Assembly (NCBI GenBank): GCA_002842085.1 | Contig: PHCA01000006.1 | Location: 1-39,927 of the forward strand | DNA: 39,927 nucleotides | From: Chloroflexi bacterium HGW-Chloroflexi-1 | GTDB lineage: Bacteria; Chloroflexota; Anaerolineae; CG2-30-64-16 | Reading direction: 5' to 3' | Part shown: positions 14,048 through 23,418 of the stretch, piece by piece | Layout of the letters: each line of letters opens with the position of its first letter | How positions within the stretch are numbered: position 1 is the first letter of the stretch | Notes under the pieces: generated by a model | The model's input: the letters and a program-made list of their open reading frames with translations, nothing else | Told to the model about the DNA's origin: nothing | The model's database searches: none | Program-made: the position numbers and the translations under genes

Positions 14048-15295
14048 TTACAGCACCACGCATCCCGCGCCCAACACCTGTCGCGGGGCCGAGGCGCATT
14101 CCAGCTTGATGACGGCCACGCCCGCGATCTGGTCCGGGTTGGTCTCGGGCAGGCCCTTGAGCACCAGGCGGTTCTCCGTCTGCTCGAACGCGAGCGGCGC
14201 GCCGGTCGCCAGCAACGACGCCTTGAGCACATTCGTTTGCAAGCCGCCGATGGCCAACTCGCCGCCGGGCCAGCGGTCGCACCAGTAGTAGGCCGTGTTG
14301 CCCTTGATCGTCCACTGGCCGGTGAGCATCCACTCCATCCGACCATCGGCGCGCTCGACCTGGCCGTAGAGCGCCTCGCCGTTCTGCTCGATCCACTGGC
14401 CGACGGGGTTCAGCCGCGCGTAGGCTTCCTCCGGTACCGATCCGTCGGGCTGGGGGCCGATGTTGAGCAGCAGGTTGCCCTGTCCGGCCGCGGCCACGCG
14501 CAGCATCGAGATCACCTCGCGCACGGGACGCCAGTCAATGGCCGACGGCATGTAGCCCCAGGAACCGTTGAAGGTCATGCAGGCTTCCCAGTCGCGGCCG
14601 GCCTTCTCGGCGGTGACACGCTCTTCCGGCGTGCCGAAGTCTTCGTCGAGCTGCGAGCGGTTGTTGATCAGGATGTCCGGCTGAAGCTCGCGGACCATGG
14701 CGTTCATCACCGCGCTTTCCCACAGCTCGGGCGACTTGAGCGGCCAGGAGACGTCGTACCAGAGGATGTCGAGCTTGCCGTAGTTAGTGCACAGCTCGCG
14801 CACGCAGCCCTGGGTGAAGTCGAGAAAGCGCCGCCGCGCCGCTTCGTCTTGGGCGCAATTCGCGCCGTCCGGGTGATGCCAGTCCATCAGCGAGTAGTAG
14901 AAGCCGACTTTGAGGCCGAACTCGTGGCAGGCCTCCACGTATTCCCGCACCAGGTCGCGCCCCGGCCCGTGTTTGACTGCATTGTAGTCGGTCTGCGCCG
15001 TGTCCCACAGACAGAAGCCCTCGTGGTGTTTGGTCGTCATCACCATGTACTTCATGCCCGACTCGGCAGCCAGCCTGGCCCATGCGCGGGCCGGTCGCTC
15101 TTTGGGATGCCACGTGGCGGCCAGCTTCTCGTACTCCGCCACGGGAATCCGCTCTCGATTCATCACCCACTCGTGGCGGCCGAGCTGCGCATAGAGACCC
15201 CAGTGGATGAACATGCCGAACCGCGCCTCCTGCCACCAGCGGATGCGCTGGGGCCGGGTGGCTTCGACGTGCTGGAAGTATTCTGCTTCGTTCAT
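14048..15295 (-). CDS. Alpha-L-fucosidase (GH29)
   Basis: ARFGMFIHWGLYAQ, YMVMTTKHHEGFCLWDT, DILWYD, and a C-terminal beta-sandwich. Confidence 0.85.
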   Translation of the reverse strand: MNEAEYFQHVEATRPQRIRWWQEARFGMFIHWGLYAQLGRHEWVMNRERIPVAEYEKLAATWHPKERPARAWARLAAESGMKYMVMTTKHHEGFCLWDTAQTDYNAVKHGPGRDLVREYVEACHEFGLKVGFYYSLMDWHHPDGANCAQDEAARRRFLDFTQGCVRELCTNYGKLDILWYDVSWPLKSPELWESAVMNAMVRELQPDILINNRSQLDEDFGTPEERVTAEKAGRDWEACMTFNGSWGYMPSAIDWRPVREVISMLRVAAAGQGNLLLNIGPQPDGSVPEEAYARLNPVGQWIEQNGEALYGQVERADGRMEWMLTGQWTIKGNTAYYWCDRWPGGELAIGGLQTNVLKASLLATGAPLAFEQTENRLVLKGLPETNPDQIAGVAVIKLECASAPRQVLGAGCVVL

Positions 15296-15310
15296 GATGG
15301 TTTTCCTTTC

Positions 15311-15338
15311 TTACCAATTTACCAATTTACCAATTTAC
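15311..15338. repeat. CCAATTTA octamer repeats (complement orientation of the GGTAnATT family)
   Basis: ttaccaatttaccaatttaccaatttac lies between the fucosidase start and the ABC ATPase stop. The last codons of the ATPase ORF (..KLVNW) read into it. Confidence 0.8.
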
Positions 15339-16002
15339 GATCGGCGTATTCGTCCGCCGTTGGATCATGGGTGGTGACCAGCACCGTCACCCGCTCCTGA
15401 TCCACTACCCGGCGGAACAGGGCCAGGATCTGCCGCCCGGTGGCGCTGTCCAGTTCCCCCGTCGGCTCGTCGGCCAGGATCAGATCCGGATGGTTGGCCA
15501 GTGCCCGGGCGATCCCCACCCGCTGCTGCTGTCCGCCAGAAAGCTCGTAGGGCCGATGGTTAGCCCAAGGGGTGAGCCCCACCAGCTCCAGGCACTCCCG
15601 TGCCCGCTTCTGCCGCGGCCAGCGCCCCACGCCTTCCATCCGCAGGGGCAACTCCACGTTTTCGTAGGCGGAAAAGGTGGGGAGCAGGGCGAACGACTGG
15701 AAGACGAAGCCGATCCGCCGGCGGCGCAACCGGGTGCGGGCCCCCTCCGAAAGCGCGGCCAACCGTTGGTCGAAGAGGTACACTTCGCCTGTAGTGGGCT
15801 GATCCAGCCCGCCAATGCAGTTGAGGAGGGTGGTCTTGCCTGACCCGGAGCGGCCGCGCAACGCGACGAACTGGCCGCGCGCTATCTCCAGGTTGACGCT
15901 TTGCAAGGCGCGCACCTCCTGTGCCCCGACGCGGTAGATCCGTGTCAGCCCCTCGGTGCGGACAAGGGGCGCAGTCTCACGCTCAACCCGGCCTGTCGTC
16001 AT
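15319..16002 (-). CDS. ABC transporter ATP-binding protein (MacB/LolD-like)
   Basis: Walker [13 protein letters not shown], signature [15 protein letters not shown], Walker [13 protein letters not shown]. Confidence 0.9.
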   Translation of the reverse strand: MTTGRVERETAPLVRTEGLTRIYRVGAQEVRALQSVNLEIARGQFVALRGRSGSGKTTLLNCIGGLDQPTTGEVYLFDQRLAALSEGARTRLRRRRIGFVFQSFALLPTFSAYENVELPLRMEGVGRWPRQKRARECLELVGLTPWANHRPYELSGGQQQRVGIARALANHPDLILADEPTGELDSATGRQILALFRRVVDQERVTVLVTTHDPTADEYADRKLVNW

Positions 16003-17020
16003 ACGATCTCCTCCTTCTCACCCGCGGCCACAACCCGCGCAGCCCCCGCCGGCGGGGAGCCGGCGGTTCCTCTTCCAACCCTGGCAACAGGGGCGTAGCC
16101 GCCACCCGGCGGTCGGCCACCGGGCGGAGCAGGATGCCTTCGTCGGTCACTTCCAGGATCGTCCGGTCGCCGATGTTAAACTGCTCCAGGTACTCTCTCG
16201 GCACCTGCAGCCGCCCCGCTGAATCGAGCACCACGTACTCATGGTACGTCACTGCCTCCGCGGCGCCCTCCTCTACCAGGCGCTCGCCCACCATGGCCCG
16301 TTCCAACTGGCTCACCTGCCGGATGGTCTCGGTGCTGATTTTGCCGTCGCGGATGGCCACCACGCGGTCCACCTGCCCGACGATGCGGGGATCGTGGGTG
16401 ACGATGATGATCGTCAGGCCCAAGGTCTCGTTCAGGCGGCGGAATGTCTCCAGAATCGTCTGCGCCGTGGTTGAATCTACCTCGCCGGTCGGCTCGTCGG
16501 CCAGGAGGAGCGCCGGCCGGTTGGCCAGGGCCACGGCGATAGCCGCCCGCTGCTGCTCGCCGCCCGAAAGCTCGGCCAGCCGGTGCTGGCGACGCCCGCT
16601 CAACCCCACCGCCGCCAGCAACTCCTGCGCCCGGCCGCGCTTCTCCCCCCACCGGATGCCCGCCACCGTCATGGGTAACTCCACGTTCTCTTGCACTGAA
16701 AGGTACGGGATCAGGTTACGGGCCACCTGCTGCCAGACGAAGCCAACCTGGTTACAACGGTAACGGTCCAGCGCGGCGGCTGAAAGCTTTATCAGATCCT
16801 GGCCGTTGACCGTCACCCGTCCCGCCGAGGGCCGGTCCAGCCCGCCCAGAATGTTGAGCAGCGTGGTCTTGCCAGAGCCAGATGGCCCCACGATCCCCAG
16901 CAGCGCGCCCCGTTCCACGGTCAGGTCAAGCCCCTGCAAGGCTACGACCTCCAGCCCGGCAATTTTGTAGATCTTGACCAGGTTGTCACATGTAATGAGA
17001 ATGTTGTTTGGCTCTGGCAT
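15983..17020 (-). CDS. ABC transporter ATP-binding protein with C-terminal SpoVT/AbrB-like extension
   Basis: [40 protein letters not shown]-terminal GRLQVPREYLEQFNIGDRTILEVTDEGILLRP. Start at internal ATG 17020 (GGAG upstream); the upstream ORF part translates repeat DNA. Confidence 0.85.
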   Translation of the reverse strand: MPEPNNILITCDNLVKIYKIAGLEVVALQGLDLTVERGALLGIVGPSGSGKTTLLNILGGLDRPSAGRVTVNGQDLIKLSAAALDRYRCNQVGFVWQQVARNLIPYLSVQENVELPMTVAGIRWGEKRGRAQELLAAVGLSGRRQHRLAELSGGEQQRAAIAVALANRPALLLADEPTGEVDSTTAQTILETFRRLNETLGLTIIIVTHDPRIVGQVDRVVAIRDGKISTETIRQVSQLERAMVGERLVEEGAAEAVTYHEYVVLDSAGRLQVPREYLEQFNIGDRTILEVTDEGILLRPVADRRVAATPLLPGLEEEPPAPRRRGLRGLWPRVRRRRSYDDRPG

Positions 17021-17034
17021 CGGACTCTCCAGGG

Positions 17035-17250
17035 GTGGTATACTGGTAAATTGGTACGTTGGTAGATTGGTAGATTGGTAGATTGGTAGATTGGAATGTA
17101 CCAATTTCCCAATGTACCAGTTTCCCAATGTACCAATTTCCCAATGTACCAATTTCCCAATGTACCAATTTCCCAATGTACCAATGTACCAATGTACCAA
17201 TTTCCCAATTTCCCAATGTACCAATTTCCCAATTTACCAATCTACCAATC
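17035..17250. repeat. Largest octamer-repeat block: ~60 bp of GGTAnATT units abutting ~155 bp of complementary CCAATnTn units
   Basis: ggtaaattggtacgttggtagattggtagattggtagattggtagattgg | aatgtaccaatttcccaatgtaccagtttccc... The 16-bp super-unit is aatgtaccaatttccc. Confidence 0.9.
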
Positions 17251-20125
17251 AAGCCACCTCATCCAGCTTAATGGCCTCGAACACCCGCATCCGGATCAGC
17301 AACACCAGCATGACCACTACGGCGACAAGGAACAGCCCGCCAAAGACGGCGTAAATCCGGAGGATGTCCGCCCAGGCCACCTGGACAACGAAGGGCGGGG
17401 TGTGGGGATGCGGGCCGCCGCGCACCTGCAGGAACGGGATGAACAGCCGACTGACCCAGACCCCCAGGCCGGCGCCGGCCGCCGCGCCGGTGACGATGAG
17501 CGCCAACTGCTCGCCGGCCAGGAAAGCGGCCATTTGCCCTACCGACAGGCCAATGGCCCGCAACACGCCCAGCTCGATGAACCGCTGGCGGAAGGAAAAG
17601 ACGGCGTAGAGCAGAAAACCCAGCACTGTCAGCCCCGCTGCCGCCAGAAAACCAACCGACAGCATGCCGAACAATCCCTGCCGTGCTGGTCGCGTCTGCT
17701 CCTGCAGGATCAGCGCGCGCGCGTCGTTGTAGTTCATGACGACAAAGCCCATTTTTTGCAAATCGCTCACGATCGCCCTGGCTGGACGTTCACCATCGGT
17801 GGCCAGCCACACGTCGTAGGAATACTCGCCGCCCATCTGCAGGAAGGCATAGTCCAGGTTGCCGACGAAGAACGGGCCGTCCTCCGGGTACTGGGTGGGA
17901 AACAGGTCCAACACGCCGGCGACGACAAAATCCACCGTGCGCCACTCGATACCGCCCAGACTGCCCCCGCTCAGTGTCAGCCGGAGCGGGTCGCCGATGT
18001 TCAGGCTGTGGCGGGCCAGGAAACCCCGTTCCACCAGCAGGCCGCGCGCGTCCAGCGCCAGCCGGTTCAGCAGCTCGCCCAGCGAATCGGGCGCAAAGTC
18101 GCGCCGGAAAAAGGCGATGCGGGGGAAATCCACCCGATCCAGGCCGAGGAAGGTCCCTTTCTCGCCGTTGCCCAGGGACGAGCGGGCTGCGTACTGGCCC
18201 ACGCGGGCCGCAGCCTGCACGCCCTTGACCTGTAGATGGTCGCTCACCGGCAAAAGGGACCATTTGGCGCCGGCCTTCGGCGCCGGCTGGGGCGCCGAGA
18301 GGTCCTGTGGCGCCTCCCTGGCTAACTCGCCAAGCTCCGTCAGGTGCAGGTCGGCGCCGACCTGGTAGTAGGTCTGGTCAACCAGGTAGTCATCGAGGGT
18401 CAGGGCCATGGAGGCGGTGAAGGCGGCCAGCCCCAGGGTGAGGATGAGGAGCAATAGCGGGCCGGTGTAGTGCCGTGACGAGCGGGCCAGGCGCCGCAGG
18501 GCCAGTACCGCCGCGGCGCCGGGTAGCCAGTCGGCCAGCCAGGCCAGCGCCGCCATCAGCAGCGGGAAGAGGCGGATAAACAGCAACCCGAGGGCAAAGA
18601 TCAAGAGCGTTGGCGCCAGAAAGAGCAGGGGGTTCTGGAACGGGTCGGCGGCGCCCCCGCCGCCCAGGTTCACTGAGAGCGTGCCCCGCTGCCGCAGCAG
18701 GTAGTAACCATAGAGGGGCGGGGCCAGCAGAATCAGGTCGAGAAAGTAGCGTTGCCAGAAGGGTCGCCGCAGCGCACGGGCTTGCTCTTGCTTGTGCGTG
18801 ACGATGGTGTGTTCAGCAGCGGACAGCGCCGGCAGCAGCGTGGCCAGCATCGCCAGCGCCACTGCGCCGAGGGCGAAACGCAGGTTACTCATGGATAGCT
18901 GCACCGGCAGCGGCGGGCGGCTCACCAACGTCAGGAAGGAGCGGATCTGGCCCATGGCCAGGGCAATCCCCTGACCCAGCGGGATCCCCAGCCCCAAGGC
19001 GCCTGCGGCCAGCGCCAATCCTTCCAGCCAGTACACCCCCAATATCTGCCAGCGCGAGGCGCCCCGGCTGCGCAGGACGGCGATCTCGGTCTGCTGGCGG
19101 CGCACGGCCATGCCGGCCGTCAGCGCCACAAAGTAGAGAATCAGCCCCAGCACTGGCACAGCAAACACCGCCAGGAGAATGGTGAGCAGGTAGACCTGAA
19201 GACGGAACTGCTGCATCGCCCCGGCCGGCGAGGGGTACAGCTTGATGTTGGATAAGAGCGAGGCCGCGCGGGTCTCGACGAAAGTGATGCGCTCCAGCAG
19301 CCCCGGGACATCTTCAGCGCGGACCGCTGAGCCATCCAGGAGCAGGGACCACAACGCGATGTAGACCTCGCCGCTCAGTAACGGTGCGATGCGCTGTTGG
19401 AACGCGGTCTCGGGCGCCAGCAACACCCGGTCGAAGTCAGTGGGTCGGTAGAACCAGTAGGGCTCCTCTGGATTGGACGCCTGCCAAACACCGGCGATAC
19501 GCACCGGGATCTGCACTGACTTGCTGTCCTGGACGCCTGCTGCCTGGGGCCCAAAGAGGATATATTCCTTGCCTGCTTGCAGTCCCAGTTTATCGGCCAG
19601 ATTGTGGGAAAGCAGCACTTCCAGCGCCTGGTCGGTCGGTGAGGGCGGGGCAGGGAATGCTCCCTCCAACAAGGTGATGTGCTCCGTCAGGTCGCTGAGA
19701 AAGCCGACAGAAACCCACTCCAGCGACTTACGCACGTCGGCGTAGGCTGCCTTGGAGATAGGGAAGAGGCCAAAGACGTCGGTCACGAAATAGCGGACGA
19801 CGCTCTCCAGCGGCAGACCGATGTCGGCGGCGACCGGCCCCCGCAGGTAGGCATCGGCCTGCTGCACGTCCTCCCACTCCAGCGCATCGTGCAGGCCGCT
19901 GATGCGGTGGAAGCGAAAAGCGAAGGGTGGCGATCCTTGGCGGGTCGTCTCCAGTTCTGCGCGCAGCAGGCGGGAGTTCACTGCGTCGGCGTAGAGTGGC
20001 ACGCTGAGACTGAGTCCCACGGCGGCTGTCCACCCCAGCAGCAGGCTGAGGGTCAGCCCCTTATTCGCCCACAGCCGCCTGGCGGCAATGAGGATGATGG
20101 AGAGAAGGTTGGATAGGATAGTCAC
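17249..20125 (-). CDS. ABC transporter permease with two FtsX domains (MacB-type)
   Basis: About 958 aa, with many TM segments flanking two large extracytoplasmic regions. GTG 20125 (VTILSNLLSIILIAARRLW) is proposed because everything upstream translates repeat/MITE DNA. Start is uncertain. Confidence 0.75.
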   Translation of the reverse strand: MTILSNLLSIILIAARRLWANKGLTLSLLLGWTAAVGLSLSVPLYADAVNSRLLRAELETTRQGSPPFAFRFHRISGLHDALEWEDVQQADAYLRGPVAADIGLPLESVVRYFVTDVFGLFPISKAAYADVRKSLEWVSVGFLSDLTEHITLLEGAFPAPPSPTDQALEVLLSHNLADKLGLQAGKEYILFGPQAAGVQDSKSVQIPVRIAGVWQASNPEEPYWFYRPTDFDRVLLAPETAFQQRIAPLLSGEVYIALWSLLLDGSAVRAEDVPGLLERITFVETRAASLLSNIKLYPSPAGAMQQFRLQVYLLTILLAVFAVPVLGLILYFVALTAGMAVRRQQTEIAVLRSRGASRWQILGVYWLEGLALAAGALGLGIPLGQGIALAMGQIRSFLTLVSRPPLPVQLSMSNLRFALGAVALAMLATLLPALSAAEHTIVTHKQEQARALRRPFWQRYFLDLILLAPPLYGYYLLRQRGTLSVNLGGGGAADPFQNPLLFLAPTLLIFALGLLFIRLFPLLMAALAWLADWLPGAAAVLALRRLARSSRHYTGPLLLLILTLGLAAFTASMALTLDDYLVDQTYYQVGADLHLTELGELAREAPQDLSAPQPAPKAGAKWSLLPVSDHLQVKGVQAAARVGQYAARSSLGNGEKGTFLGLDRVDFPRIAFFRRDFAPDSLGELLNRLALDARGLLVERGFLARHSLNIGDPLRLTLSGGSLGGIEWRTVDFVVAGVLDLFPTQYPEDGPFFVGNLDYAFLQMGGEYSYDVWLATDGERPARAIVSDLQKMGFVVMNYNDARALILQEQTRPARQGLFGMLSVGFLAAAGLTVLGFLLYAVFSFRQRFIELGVLRAIGLSVGQMAAFLAGEQLALIVTGAAAGAGLGVWVSRLFIPFLQVRGGPHPHTPPFVVQVAWADILRIYAVFGGLFLVAVVVMLVLLIRMRVFEAIKLDEVA

Positions 20126-20206
20126 GTTGGTAGGTTGGTAGATTGGTAGATTGGTAGGTTGGTAGATTGGTAGACTGGTAGGTTGGTAGATTGGTAGGTT
20201 GGTAGA
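20126..20206. repeat. GGTAGATT/GGTAGGTT octamer array
   Basis: gttggtaggttggtagattggtagattggtaggttggtagattggtagactggtaggttggtagattggtaggttggtaga. Confidence 0.9.
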
Positions 20207-20212
20207 AATCAG

Positions 20213-20325
20213 GTAACTACTCAGCTTGTCATTGCGAGGAGGCGTTTTTTGCCGACGAAGCAATCCCCGCGTTTAGTGCCAGGAGATTGCGGCAATCTCG
20301 ATTGCTTCGCAAAAAACGCTCGCGC
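20213..20325. mobile_element. MITE copy (GTAACTACTCAGC family), right end degenerate, overlapping the 3' end of the adaptor gene
   Basis: Near-identical to the reverse complement of the 28117-28268 copy: gtaactactcagcttgtcattgcgaggaggcgttttttgccgacgaagcaatcc... Confidence 0.8.
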
Positions 20326-21619
20326 CAATAGTCACATCCACACGGCGCGGCTGTCCCGCATCCTGTATGATGACAAATTTGCGGCCCTGGAAAGTGCGCA
20401 GCGCGGCCGGTGGCAGCCACAGCACGTTGTCTTTCTCCTCGACGACGACCACCACGTAGGCCAGCTCACCCAGTTGGAGGTTGCCCAGGTCGCCCTTCAG
20501 ACTGATTCTGGTTGAGTTGTCCTCGCCAGCCAGGCCCTGGGCGCCGCCGGCGCCGTAGGGATAGGGCAGGCGGCGGATGGCGCCGTGCCATGTCTGGCCG
20601 GGGTAAGATCTGAGCGTGACGACCACCTCTTGCCCCTCGCTCAGCTCTTGCAACTGGCTGTCGGCAAGCAGGTCGGCGCTCACTTCGATGGTCGCGGGGT
20701 CGATGATGACGATGACGGGTTTGAACGCCTCGGCGGGGCGATCGGCGGAGACCGAGAGGGAGAGCACCTGGCCAGCCATGGGCGCCACCAGGCGCGCCTC
20801 GGCAACCTGCGCTGCGAGGCGGTCAACTGCCAGTTGCGCGGCGGCCACCGCCTGCTGGAATTGGGAGGCTATCCCACCTGCCTGCAACTGCTTCAGTGCC
20901 AGTTCCGCCAGGGCCACTTGCTGTTTCAGGATCTCCCGCTCGTAGCGTTGGGCCTCGATCTCCTGCATCGTCAGATCGCAGGTCGCCTGCGCCCGCTGGA
21001 AGTTCAGGGTGGCCTGCTGCAAGGCCGCGGCCTCAGGCGTGGCGCCGATGTCGCCGCGCCAGGCGATGGCGTTGTAGGCGGCCTGGGCTTACTGCAGGGC
21101 CAGGCGCGCCTGGGCCAGGTCGGCCTCCGCCTGGGCTTTGCGGGGGGTCAGGTCCGGGGCCTTTTGCAGTTGCAACTGGCGGATGGCCAGGTCAATGCGG
21201 GCCCTGGCGATGGCGTACTGGTGATCTTGCTCCGCCTGTGCCAGTGACAGTTGGGCCGTTTGCAGGTCGAGTTGGGCTTGGGCCAGCGACCGTTCCAGCT
21301 CGGCCATCTCCAGCTCGGCCAGGATATCCCCTTGCTTGACCGGGTCCCCTTTCTTCACCCACACGACGCGCACGTGGCCGTTGGTGCGGAAGGAAAGTTC
21401 CACTTTCTGCACCGGGGCCACGCGGCCGGTGAACTCCAGTTTGCGTATCATCTCGCCCCGTTGCACGACGTAGGTCGGCTTTTCGGGCACGATGGGCGTG
21501 GGGATGGGTGTAGGAGTGGCGGCTTCTTCCTTGCTGGGGCGGCCAACGAGGCCCTGGCAGCCGGCCAGGAGGATGGCCAGTAGCAATAGCGCGACAAGTT
21601 TTTGATTGAGTTTGAGCAT
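20273..21619 (-). pseudogene. HlyD/MacA-type periplasmic adaptor lipoprotein interrupted by an in-frame TAA
   Basis: ORFs 21089..21646 (signal MLKLNQKLVALLLLAILLAGC, coiled coil) and 20273..21022 (beta-barrel part) are in the same frame. A single TAA at 21089-21091 separates them. The C-terminal ..FCEAIEIAAISWH is MITE-encoded. Confidence 0.7.
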
Positions 21620-21693
21620 CTTTGTGACCTCGCAGGTGACGATCACTTGATATTATAACATAGCGCGGCTCCTGCCGCAACCAAACCCCTTTC

Positions 21694-21798
21694 GTAACCG
21701 TTTAGCCCTTGCCGAAACGCAAGCATCCCTTCACTGCGTTCAGGGCAGGCTCTGAACGCAGTGAAGGGATGCTTCCAAGTTTAGACCTGAACGGTTAC
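21694..21798. repeat. Nested palindromic element (9-bp outer IR, 21-bp perfect inner IR)
   Basis: gtaaccgtt (21694-21702) / aacggttac (21790-21798). gcatcccttcactgcgttcag (21723-21743) / ctgaacgcagtgaagggatgc (21752-21772). Confidence 0.85.
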
Positions 21799-22662
21799 TC
21801 ACGATCTTCGCCAGCATCTCGATCTGCTCGCGCGCCGAACACCGGACTCCTGCCTGCTGCGCGTACGCGGCCGCTTCCGGCGTGAAGCCGACCCGAGAGA
21901 TGAACCAGGGCCTGGCGGTCATAGCCTGGGCTGTCTGCACCAGCTTTTGGATCTCCTTGAGCCCAGCCAGCCTGTTCCGCCATTTGATCTCGACCACCCA
22001 GCGATCATCACCTTCCGCCAGGGCGTCAACCTCCACCTGGCCGTCTGCTGAGCGGCAGGGCGCGACACGGTCAAAAGTCGGCAGGCGCACACGGCCGGAG
22101 AGACCCAATAGTGCGCCGTCTACTTCCTGGCCGGCAAATCTTTGCAACAGTTCGCGCACCTGACTTTCCTTGGCCAGTCCCAGTTCGCTCGCAATCCGCG
22201 CTCCATCAGGCCAATCATGGAACCGGCGACGATGTAACAAACGTGCGACTGGGCTTGTAGCACGGCGCGGAAGAGCGCCAGAACGTCCCGGATTTGAGGG
22301 TAGTTATGCAACGCCAGCAGCTCGGGGAACTCGTCGATGAGCAGCATGGCCCGGCGGCCCGTAGCCTGCGCCCAGACTTCGGGCCAGTTGAAGGCCATTG
22401 CCAGGAGCAGATGCTGGTCCGGCCGCTCGCGTTGCAGCGCCTGGTAAAAGAGCATTTGGTAATCCGATAGCAACTTGCTCCCGTAACGTCCGACGGTGGC
22501 CAACTGGAACCCGGGATCAAAATAGGATTCGATGCGCGGCCCTGCGCCAGCGGCAAGTGGGTCGCCTTGCGATCCTCCCAGCCAATACAGAAGGCTGCCG
22601 ACGTACTGCGTCGCAAAGGCCTCGGGCGTCAAAGCCAGGCGGGGCAGATCGAGGTAGGCCAC
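21740..22662 (-). pseudogene. Decayed AAA-type ATPase (archaeal-ATPase/DUF234-like) with nuclease-like C-terminus
   Basis: Walker B LLIDEFPEL but no Walker A (a stop lies just upstream). There is a frame switch near ~22200 between ..VAGSMIGLME and ..ARIASELGLAKESQVRELL. C-terminal WVVEIKWRN (PD-(D/E)xK-like). Confidence 0.6.
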
Positions 22663-22695
22663 TGCGACCGGGCCGCCCGCTTCTTCAGCCAGGTC

Positions 22696-23418
22696 CTATC
22701 TCACGCCCTCAAACTGGATGTCATCCAGATAAAAAACCACGCCCTGCGGGTTGTTTACGTCGGCAATAAATACATCGAACAGGTCAACGGCTTGGGTCAA
22801 GTCCATGCCTTTCAGGTCAATCTCGTACTGTTGCCAGGATGGTTCGAGCTCTACGCGCACCGACCGGCCCAGGGCGGGTGATCCGGCCAGGGCGCCGATC
22901 CTGAATTCAACGCCTGCACCACCCTGCTCGCCTTGCGCCCAGAAGGTAAGGCGGTCCACAGCGCTAAAATTGCCTGCCTCGAGCACGTTGATCCGGCAGG
23001 CGCCCATCTTGACTCTGTCCACGGTCGCGGCCATGTCAGACTCAGCGCAGCCCAGCGGCAACCAGGAGATGCCGCCCGCCTCCCCGCTACATCTGTACGT
23101 AACTCGAAGGCAATCCGACCCTGTGTGGCAACCGGCTGGACTGGCCTCCAGGCTGATAAAAGGCTTAGGGTCACTCAAGTCTGCTATCCAGGCGACAGGC
23201 GTGGCCAGGGTCTCCAGTCGGACAGACGCCATCTCCGGGGTCAACGACGTCGGCGGGATCGCCCTCTCCTTGGTGGCCATCACAGTGGGCGCCGGTGTCA
23301 CGGTTGGCGTCTGTGTCGCAGCCGGTCTGCACCCGGCTAAACTGACTGCCAACACTAAGACACAGACCCGGATGCATAGGCCCCAGCGTTGTGCCGTCCA
23401 TCTCTTCTGCCGGTTCAT
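22696..23418 (-). CDS. Lipoprotein with C-terminal carbohydrate-binding-module-like domain
   Basis: Signal MNRQKRWTAQRWGLCIRVCVLVLAVSLAGC, Thr/Pro linker, and a C-terminus ending VVFYLDDIQFEGV. Internal ATG at 23418. Confidence 0.55.
   Translation of the reverse strand: MNRQKRWTAQRWGLCIRVCVLVLAVSLAGCRPAATQTPTVTPAPTVMATKERAIPPTSLTPEMASVRLETLATPVAWIADLSDPKPFISLEASPAGCHTGSDCLRVTYRCSGEAGGISWLPLGCAESDMAATVDRVKMGACRINVLEAGNFSAVDRLTFWAQGEQGGAGVEFRIGALAGSPALGRSVRVELEPSWQQYEIDLKGMDLTQAVDLFDVFIADVNNPQGVVFYLDDIQFEGVR

Noticed and set aside
13841-15400. 519-aa plus-strand ORF, and similar long ORFs at 12975-13844, 17096-18235, 26905-27948, 28218-29270, 29298-30308, 30603-31934, 32554-34122 and 36789-38870
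   Set aside because: All are antisense or out-of-frame shadows of confidently assigned genes (fucosidase, mmsA fragment, FtsX permease, ABC permease, SBP, regulator, kinase, GH2). All have Arg/Gly/Pro/His-rich composition without motifs.
17035-17250. Possible CRISPR array, given the many short direct repeats (also 5435-5540 and 20126-20206)
   Set aside because: The units are only 7-8 nt and directly abut each other with no unique spacers. No cas genes are in the window.
17083-17354. Multiple small ORFs encoding LPIYQSTN / FPMYQCTN-type peptide repeats (also 5458-5553, 16942-17252 and 20126-20263)
   Set aside because: They are translations of the 8-nt tandem DNA repeats (3 units = 8 codons). 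They occur in every frame and on both strands, and they sit upstream of better starts with Shine-Dalgarno sequences.
21089-21091. In-frame stop in the adaptor gene as selenocysteine or programmed recoding
   Set aside because: The codon is TAA, not TGA. No SECIS-like context is evident, so a nonsense mutation or a base error is more parsimonious.
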